Positions 57,970-64,000 of a stretch of 64,000 nucleotides of DNA are shown piece by piece. Both the position numbers and the translations under genes were made by a program. The notes under the pieces were generated by a model. The model searched no databases, was not told the origin of the DNA, and saw only the letters and a program-made list of their open reading frames with translations. Origin of the DNA: a virus. The stretch is from the UHGV virus genome UHGV-0028991. One strand, written 5' to 3'. Positions within the stretch are counted from its first letter, which is position 1, and each line of letters starts with the position of its first letter.

Positions 57970-58013
57970 TTGCGAGCTCTTTAATTTTTTACAATTTACA
58001 AGGAGGCGATTTA

Positions 58014-58208
58014 TTGATTACTTTAATTCGCCCTGCTTATTATGAGCCGCCCAGATGCGCAAGATTTAGCGGGCTATCTACAGACGAGAAGCCGCAGAAT
58101 GTTGATAATGGAACGGCATTCAAAGAAATTGATACAAGCAAATATTTTCTTTATGATGCTGATTCTAAGCAATGGGTAGAACAACAAAATGCATTGGAGG
58201 TGATTTAA
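58014..58208 (+). CDS. small protein paralogous to the N-terminal domain of the next gene (about 65 aa, TTG start)
   Basis: AAGGAGG RBS then TTG. LITLIRPAYYEPPRCARFSGLSTDEKPQNV... is homologous to MAITLERPAFYENKRYAEYCGLSTDNKADI... at 58208. Confidence 0.4.
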   Translation: MITLIRPAYYEPPRCARFSGLSTDEKPQNVDNGTAFKEIDTSKYFLYDADSKQWVEQQNALEVI

Positions 58209-59119
58209 TGGCGATTACATTAGAGCGTCCTGCATTTTATGAAAATAAAAGATATGCTGAATATTGCGGGCTTAGTACGGATAACAAAGCAGACATTAAA
58301 GCAAACAATGCCGACGAGTTCTATGAGATAGACACGGGCAATGTTTACAAGTATGCTGAAGGTAGCGGATGGATTAAGCAAGCAAGTCAAGGCGGTGACG
58401 GGAGCAGCGGTGATTTCAAGGCGGACGGCACAGTTCCCATGACGGGCAATCTTAACATGAATGGAAAGTCTATCATCGGCGTGCATTCAATTAGCAATAC
58501 TAATACAGGTCTTGCTATTGAGTCCGAGACAAGCTTAAATAACCACAAGATTACAGACCTGCTTGACCCGACAGCAGACCAAGACGCAACCACAAAGAAA
58601 TATGTAGACGACCACAGTTTGCTTGGTAGTGACGGGCTAGTTGATACAGACCTTAACATGAACGAGCATGCAATTATCAACGCTCATAAAATCAGCACCG
58701 ATGGTCCTGCGCCTTTATATATCGGCGCAACAATTGAGGCGACGGGCACGAATGCACCAAGATTGACTGGTGCAACAGACGGTACTGCCGCATTTGTTAA
58801 AGCCGATACACAGTCTGAGTATGTAGCAATTAGTGTTGGTGCGCCAACTGCGTCTAACCATGCTGTAACCAAAGAATACTCTGACGGAAAGACAAATGCA
58901 CTTCAAGCATCTGCATTGCTTAAATCAGGCGGAACGATGGTCGGCAAACTGAAGTTGACAGCAGAGCCGACCGACGATAACGATGCTGTTGATATCGGAT
59001 ATCTCAAAACAAACAATTATGTTGCACTTCCTACATGGACGATAGAAGATGTAGGCAAAGTATTAACTGTTGGAGCAGATGGAGCATTGACTTGGGCAAC
59101 GCCCTCCGCTTCAACTTAA
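58208..59119 (+). CDS. tail fibre/receptor-binding-like protein with internal repeats (304 aa)
   Basis: GGAGGTG RBS; repeats TGNLNMNGKSIIGVHSISNT and TDLNMNEHAIINAHKISTDG. Confidence 0.4.
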   Translation: MAITLERPAFYENKRYAEYCGLSTDNKADIKANNADEFYEIDTGNVYKYAEGSGWIKQASQGGDGSSGDFKADGTVPMTGNLNMNGKSIIGVHSISNTNTGLAIESETSLNNHKITDLLDPTADQDATTKKYVDDHSLLGSDGLVDTDLNMNEHAIINAHKISTDGPAPLYIGATIEATGTNAPRLTGATDGTAAFVKADTQSEYVAISVGAPTASNHAVTKEYSDGKTNALQASALLKSGGTMVGKLKLTAEPTDDNDAVDIGYLKTNNYVALPTWTIEDVGKVLTVGADGALTWATPSAST

Positions 59120-59178
59120 TATAATTATGGGGAACACGAGATAGCAATTAAGCTATTAAATGTTCCCCATTTTTTTAT

Positions 59179-59691
59179 TTAGTTCCGACCGCCATTGTAT
59201 CCACATGGATAAAATTCATCACACTTGCCGTTCTTGTATACACATTGCGGAACAAGCACTTCTTTGAACTCAGGATTTGTCTGCAATACAAGCTTGACAA
59301 TTTCTCTCATGACGGCGCGAGTTTCGTTTGCCGCTGCACCACACAGCCGTTTATGCGCCATATTGATTAGCGCCTGAGCATTAACAACCATGATATGGCT
59401 TACTTCTGCGTCCTGTGGGGCTTTATTGCGGTCATAATTGGACTGTCTGTCATTTCGCTGTGATTGCACAAAATGAGAGCAGCCGACATTATGCCGGACA
59501 TAATGCACGCTCACCCACGATGGAATATGCATTTCAAATGCAAACCAAAGAGTCCGAATTGGGCTGTGCTCAGCCCGTAAAATCTTTTTCTTCCATTCGT
59601 CTGTAGGCAATGTAGCGGCTTTCTTGCCAATTGTGTTTAACGCACAAGTCTTAACAAAAGCCCAATCCTCATCAGTTGGGTGCTTTAGCAT
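59179..59691 (-). CDS. ThyX-like protein (possible flavin-dependent thymidylate synthase, short), 170 aa
   Basis: FAFEMHIPSWVSVHYVRHNVGCSHFVQSQR parallels the ThyX signature FTFEI.GVSR..THQLVRHR.ASYSQQSQRY (the RHR...S...SQR motif). Confidence 0.4.
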   Translation of the reverse strand: MLKHPTDEDWAFVKTCALNTIGKKAATLPTDEWKKKILRAEHSPIRTLWFAFEMHIPSWVSVHYVRHNVGCSHFVQSQRNDRQSNYDRNKAPQDAEVSHIMVVNAQALINMAHKRLCGAAANETRAVMREIVKLVLQTNPEFKEVLVPQCVYKNGKCDEFYPCGYNGGRN

Positions 59692-59708
59692 CTTGATTTC
59701 CAGTTATC

Positions 59709-59915
59709 TCACTCCTCATATCTATCAACAAAAATATCTGTTTCCTCAAGGTCATAATCATGCAGGACGAACTTAACGACATATAATTCGCCATCAATCT
59801 GCAAAATTTCGCCCTTTTGAGGGATTAGGTTATTGCTTTTTTCATCTGACGAAAACATGATAAGAAAGTCATTCTTTTTGAAATCACCTAAATAAATTCT
59901 GTAATACATATTCAT
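59709..59915 (-). CDS. hypothetical small protein (68 aa)
   Basis: ORF in the minus-strand operon. Confidence 0.3.
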   Translation of the reverse strand: MNMYYRIYLGDFKKNDFLIMFSSDEKSNNLIPQKGEILQIDGELYVVKFVLHDYDLEETDIFVDRYEE

Positions 59916-60226
59916 AACAATTTCTTAACTCGCTCCTTGTACATGTTGTAATCAATATGACTGATTTGGCATAATGTTCGGCACCAGCCACTTTCTTTGC
60001 CCATTGCAAAATCACGGACGTCCGCTTTAAGCCGAAGGCTATTGTCTTGCACATCTACAATAGCACTTTTAAGGATAGCCTCAGCAAGATTACGCATGCC
60101 CAATTCATGTGCCACATAACGCTCTCTTACAATGCGATCTTTCCTTGATTTGTTTTCTCCCCTGTTTGTTGTTCGCTCGTACTTGTAATATTTTGCTTTG
60201 TCAAACGCTTTGTCGGCATAGTTCAT
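59912..60226 (-). CDS. hypothetical basic protein (104 aa)
   Basis: ORF. Confidence 0.3.
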   Translation of the reverse strand: MNYADKAFDKAKYYKYERTTNRGENKSRKDRIVRERYVAHELGMRNLAEAILKSAIVDVQDNSLRLKADVRDFAMGKESGWCRTLCQISHIDYNMYKERVKKLL

Positions 60227-60241
60227 AACTGCGCCCCCCTT

Positions 60242-62428
60242 TCATGTTGACAACATAATATCATATTCTTGCGGATTTGTCAACATGTTTTTCAAAAAAG
60301 TTTTTCTTTCAAGATTTTCTTGCTTTGAAATGCCACAAACAATAGTGTCATAATCTCCGATTACACATAATTGTTCTTGCGCCCGGGACATTGCTACATA
60401 GAGCAAATTGCGAGTTATAAGCGTCTGATGCATGCGGTCAAATATACAAATGACCGCTTTTGCCTGACAGCCCTGTGATGAATGACAAGATATGCAGTAC
60501 GCCAATTGCAGATTCAATATATCAGACGGCTCAAATCTTGCGTATCTGTCGCCAAATCGAATAATTAAATACTGCTCATTGTCGTTATTTTGATACTGTA
60601 CTACCTCGCCTATGTCACCATTGGCGACAAACATTTGCCCGCCGTCCACATATTCTTGTTCTTCCTCAGACCACGAACAGGCAATTACATGATAATTGTT
60701 TTTCTTGTTGATTACACGGTCATGCATTCTAATGCCATTTTTTTGCGCTCTGAAGCCCGTTTCTTCATGGGGGTTATACTTGTCCTGCATATATGCGTTA
60801 ATCGCCGTAGAGCCAATTTTAGACTTATTGTAGGGGCATAAGAGCAATATATCGTCCTTTGTATATCCCATAGACAAGAATTTATCATAAGCCGCAGAAA
60901 TTTGTTTCATTGGCTCATCCGCAATCTGAATAAATGAATAGTCCGCATAGTCATTGGTTAAATTACCATACTCGCCATTCCGAACGTCTGTTACTTCTGT
61001 GATAATACCGCTTGTCTTGTATCTAAAAATTTTGGACAATGATACACGGGGCATTAACCCGCTATCAATAACATCTTGCACAAAATTTCCACAGGAAATT
61101 GATAGCAACTGTGCATTATCACAGACAAAGATTAAGTTGGTATCTTTGTTTAATTGTGGTGACTGCAACAATGTGGCGATTAAATCAACGGCGCACATGC
61201 TCGCTTCGTCAAGCAATACATAATCTCCCGCGTCATTATTTGTTGCAAGGAACATGTGTATTGTTTGAGCCTTGCGCCCAGTTGCCTTAGACAGCACGCG
61301 GGATGCAATTCCTGTGGGAGCAAGCATTGTATATGTCTTATTGCAATCCTCAAGCATGCGAATAATTGCTTTTGTGCTTGTTGATTTGCCCGATCCACTA
61401 TAACCATTCAACATACACACACTGTTATTTGCGACCATATCAACAGCACTTAACTGCTCATCTGTCAATGTAATCCCGTCAATTTCTCTGTATTTATCGA
61501 GTTCAATATAGAGTTTTGACGGTTTTTTTATTTTTTCAAGCAATATCTGTGCAATAGCCCGTTCGCTCTGATATGTTGACTCACGAGCAACAGATTTGCA
61601 CACATCGTCATAATGAATCTTGCTAGACCGCTTAACAACATCAACCAATTTATCATAACAAGCATTATATTTGTCAAAAATAATGTGTGCAAGTTCGGCG
61701 GTTGACATGATTGTGCTGCCATTCAATTCGTTTTGTTTTAGCTCATGTAGGCAGGCATATAAACACCGCTCTTCAGACGACCGCAATTCTCTGTTATTTT
61801 TAAGAATTGTTTTGTCCGCCTCAATAAAGCTGCATTCACATTTATCAATCAGCGTGGCGTATGGAGCAGAATTAACCGCAGACTCAAATTCTTGCGGGCT
61901 TCCAAATCTGCCCGAAACAAGCCTTATATCTTTAATGTTCCACTTATAACAAATCGGGGCATATGCAATTTCCTTGCAGTGTTCTTTGATTTTTCTTTGA
62001 TAAAGAGCCAACCGATGTTTGCCGACACCATAGATTTTTTTTATATCAATTTCATCGGTTTTATCATCGAGAATCAATCGAATAAAGTCGGGATATGCAT
62101 CAATAATGCTGATTGCCTGAGATTCTGTCATAAAGTTGCACATTATTTGTTTAGCTGTTTCTGGCGAAATGTCCGCGCCTATTTGGTTGTAATAGGATAC
62201 AAACTTATATGAGCCGGGATATTTTGAAAGCTCGTCCTTTTCAACACAAACATGAATTGTGTTTCCAATGGCAAATGTGGTCTGATTGATAGAAAGTGTA
62301 AAGTCGCCGTATTTATTCAGTTCAAGCTCGTCGGTCTTTTCTGCTTCGACAGGTTGGCACGAATAGACCCGATAGCCATCGCCGCTATCATATACTTTTC
62401 TCGTTATAATACATTTTACATCAATCAT
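60242..62428 (-). CDS. superfamily 1B (Dda/RecD-like) DNA helicase, 728 aa
   Basis: Walker A GYSGSGKST, Walker B VLLDEASM, motif VI-like YVAMSRAQ. Confidence 0.7.
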   Translation of the reverse strand: MIDVKCIITRKVYDSGDGYRVYSCQPVEAEKTDELELNKYGDFTLSINQTTFAIGNTIHVCVEKDELSKYPGSYKFVSYYNQIGADISPETAKQIMCNFMTESQAISIIDAYPDFIRLILDDKTDEIDIKKIYGVGKHRLALYQRKIKEHCKEIAYAPICYKWNIKDIRLVSGRFGSPQEFESAVNSAPYATLIDKCECSFIEADKTILKNNRELRSSEERCLYACLHELKQNELNGSTIMSTAELAHIIFDKYNACYDKLVDVVKRSSKIHYDDVCKSVARESTYQSERAIAQILLEKIKKPSKLYIELDKYREIDGITLTDEQLSAVDMVANNSVCMLNGYSGSGKSTSTKAIIRMLEDCNKTYTMLAPTGIASRVLSKATGRKAQTIHMFLATNNDAGDYVLLDEASMCAVDLIATLLQSPQLNKDTNLIFVCDNAQLLSISCGNFVQDVIDSGLMPRVSLSKIFRYKTSGIITEVTDVRNGEYGNLTNDYADYSFIQIADEPMKQISAAYDKFLSMGYTKDDILLLCPYNKSKIGSTAINAYMQDKYNPHEETGFRAQKNGIRMHDRVINKKNNYHVIACSWSEEEQEYVDGGQMFVANGDIGEVVQYQNNDNEQYLIIRFGDRYARFEPSDILNLQLAYCISCHSSQGCQAKAVICIFDRMHQTLITRNLLYVAMSRAQEQLCVIGDYDTIVCGISKQENLERKTFLKNMLTNPQEYDIMLST

Positions 62429-62429
62429 A

Positions 62430-63488
62430 TCAATTTACCTTTACCATATGTTTGCACAATTCATTAAATTGCCCTCTTGTATAATCTGTTGGGGAAAACT
62501 TGTGCGCATTAAAACCCAAACAGTTATAAAAGACCTCGACCGAAAAGAACGGCTTTAACTTAGCAATTGTCCGCTTGGTCTTTTCAATGAATAGCTTATA
62601 GTCATCATCGCCAATTTGTTTGTAGTCCGAATCAAACCCAAGTATCACATTGTTTACGCCCAACTCAATAAGCATTTGAATCTGTCTTTTTGATACATTT
62701 GAGCCGAACACCGCAACGGCATTATTTATGCCCCATGTATCAAATTTTAAGACGGTCTTTTCTGCTTCGACAAGCCACACCGTTTTAGACCGCTGTATTT
62801 GCCATTTATTTTCGTTGTAACCGTACAGAACGGCATTGGTAGGGTATTTATATACCCGTCCGCTTAAATCGCCTACAGGGCGATATTTGCCCCTTTCTGC
62901 GTCTTGCGGTCTCATATATCTTCCGCGTATACCAACGAGCTTATCTCCCCGCCATACAGGAATTGTTATGCAAGCCTTCCGACCATACCACCCTATGCCG
63001 AACTTGTCCATCGTGTCCGCAGAAATTCCATATTGCAACCAGTCTTGCGGATATAATCGGTCAAACAGCCCAATCGTGCTTTTATCATATGTTGGAATTT
63101 CAACTGTTTCAGATTCATCACCGCCCTTTATCCACCTACTAAGGTCTGACTGCCAATTATCGACATTTTCTTTCTGCACATTTTCTGTGGGATTTATATG
63201 CAGAATTTCACATATATATGCAATAGAAGATTGAAAATCACATTTTCTTACTTTTTGAACAATGCCAAATATATCAAAGGATTCGCCGCATGAATAGCAG
63301 TGTAGCATTTTCGTATCATTGTACGCATAGAGCTTTGCTTTATGATTTTGCCAATCTGTGTGGTGGCAGCAACTTGGGTACAGTTGATATTGATTATTTG
63401 CGGATACCAACGGTATGCCCATGCTATCCATAACAGCAATAATATCATCGCTTGTGATGCGTGATTTGATAGATTGAATGTCAATCAT
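62430..63488 (-). CDS. DnaG-like DNA primase (CHC2 zinc finger plus TOPRIM), 352 aa
   Basis: CCHHTDWQNHKAKLYAYNDTKMLHCYSCG (CHC2 zinc finger), TOPRIM motifs VWLVEAEKTV and ILGFDSD. Confidence 0.7.
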   Translation of the reverse strand: MIDIQSIKSRITSDDIIAVMDSMGIPLVSANNQYQLYPSCCHHTDWQNHKAKLYAYNDTKMLHCYSCGESFDIFGIVQKVRKCDFQSSIAYICEILHINPTENVQKENVDNWQSDLSRWIKGGDESETVEIPTYDKSTIGLFDRLYPQDWLQYGISADTMDKFGIGWYGRKACITIPVWRGDKLVGIRGRYMRPQDAERGKYRPVGDLSGRVYKYPTNAVLYGYNENKWQIQRSKTVWLVEAEKTVLKFDTWGINNAVAVFGSNVSKRQIQMLIELGVNNVILGFDSDYKQIGDDDYKLFIEKTKRTIAKLKPFFSVEVFYNCLGFNAHKFSPTDYTRGQFNELCKHMVKVN

Positions 63489-63873
63489 CTAAATCATCTA
63501 TGCTTACTAAATCATAAGGGCGATAATATTCTTTACATATATCAATTACACACTGAATTTGTTGCTCAAACAACTCTTTCTTTCGTTCGCGCGAGGGCTT
63601 TTCGCCAAAATAAACTTCCTCGAAATTATAGAGGTCTTCAATATAATCAAGCTGAATTTCTATGGGTTCGCGCTTCTTTATTCGCGGTTTAACAACCTTA
63701 ACATCGTCTAAAATTTTGAGCACGGTTTCGAGCGCGTCCATATATCCGCGTCCCCATTCAGTGTTTAATGTGGAATTTGACCGTCCTCGAAATTGCTTTG
63801 TTGCAAGGTCTGCGTTTTCGCACATATCTTTATAAAGAGTTTCTATCGCGCTTTTGTATTCTTTAATATTCAT
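63481..63873 (-). CDS. hypothetical protein (130 aa), probably a replication accessory protein
   Basis: Overlaps the start of the primase gene; translationally coupled. Confidence 0.3.
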   Translation of the reverse strand: MNIKEYKSAIETLYKDMCENADLATKQFRGRSNSTLNTEWGRGYMDALETVLKILDDVKVVKPRIKKREPIEIQLDYIEDLYNFEEVYFGEKPSRERKKELFEQQIQCVIDICKEYYRPYDLVSIDDLDD

Positions 63874-64000
63874 TACATACGTCCTCCTTTATACTTAAAT
63901 AATTTTTCAATCTTCTTTGGTTGATTAGATTTATTCCTATCAATCCAGCGCGTTAATTCTTGTTGCCATATGCATTCAAAATCACCGGGCGCTTGTTCTT

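Overview
The whole 64 kb window looks like the genome of a tailed phage or prophage from a low-GC Gram-positive host. Every gene call below is preceded by an AGGAGG-type ribosome-binding site (RBS) and the average GC is about 40%. There are no rRNA genes and no CRISPR array.

Layout:
- 1-8600, minus strand: early and accessory genes. These include a Xer-like tyrosine recombinase, an HU-like DNA-binding protein, a tRNA (anticodon UAU), many small unknown proteins and a RecJ-like phosphoesterase (DHH and DHHA1 motifs).
- 8600-12400: two very AT-rich repeat regions. Between them sits a GC-rich island of five small minus-strand genes (9330-11080).
- 12400-19500: a regulatory block with several perfect TTGACA-17-TATAAT promoters. 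It holds a gene with the DUF4041 plus T5orf172 (GIY-YIG-like) architecture, a DUF3310-like gene, a small acidic protein, and an 855-aa protein with a DCDGD motif that I read as a YonO-like single-subunit RNA polymerase. A holin-like protein and a metallophosphoesterase follow.
- 19500-59100, plus strand: the morphogenesis module.
  - Small terminase candidate.
  - Large terminase split by a group I intron that carries a GIY-YIG homing endonuclease.
  - Portal.
  - Duplicated small genes.
  - Protease/scaffold.
  - HK97-like capsid.
  - Connector and tail proteins with Ig-like domains.
  - XhlA-like protein.
  - RuvC-like resolvase.
  - Tape-measure gene broken by three group I introns. One of these introns holds its own consensus promoter and a small membrane-protein gene.
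  - GH25 lysin.
  - Distal tail protein and tail-associated lysin candidates.
  - Several fibre proteins.
- 59100-64000, minus strand: ThyX-like protein, a superfamily 1B (Dda/RecD-like) helicase and a DnaG-like primase.

Everything here is read from the sequence by eye. Homology calls rest on recognised motifs, not on database searches. Intron and exon boundaries are approximate.
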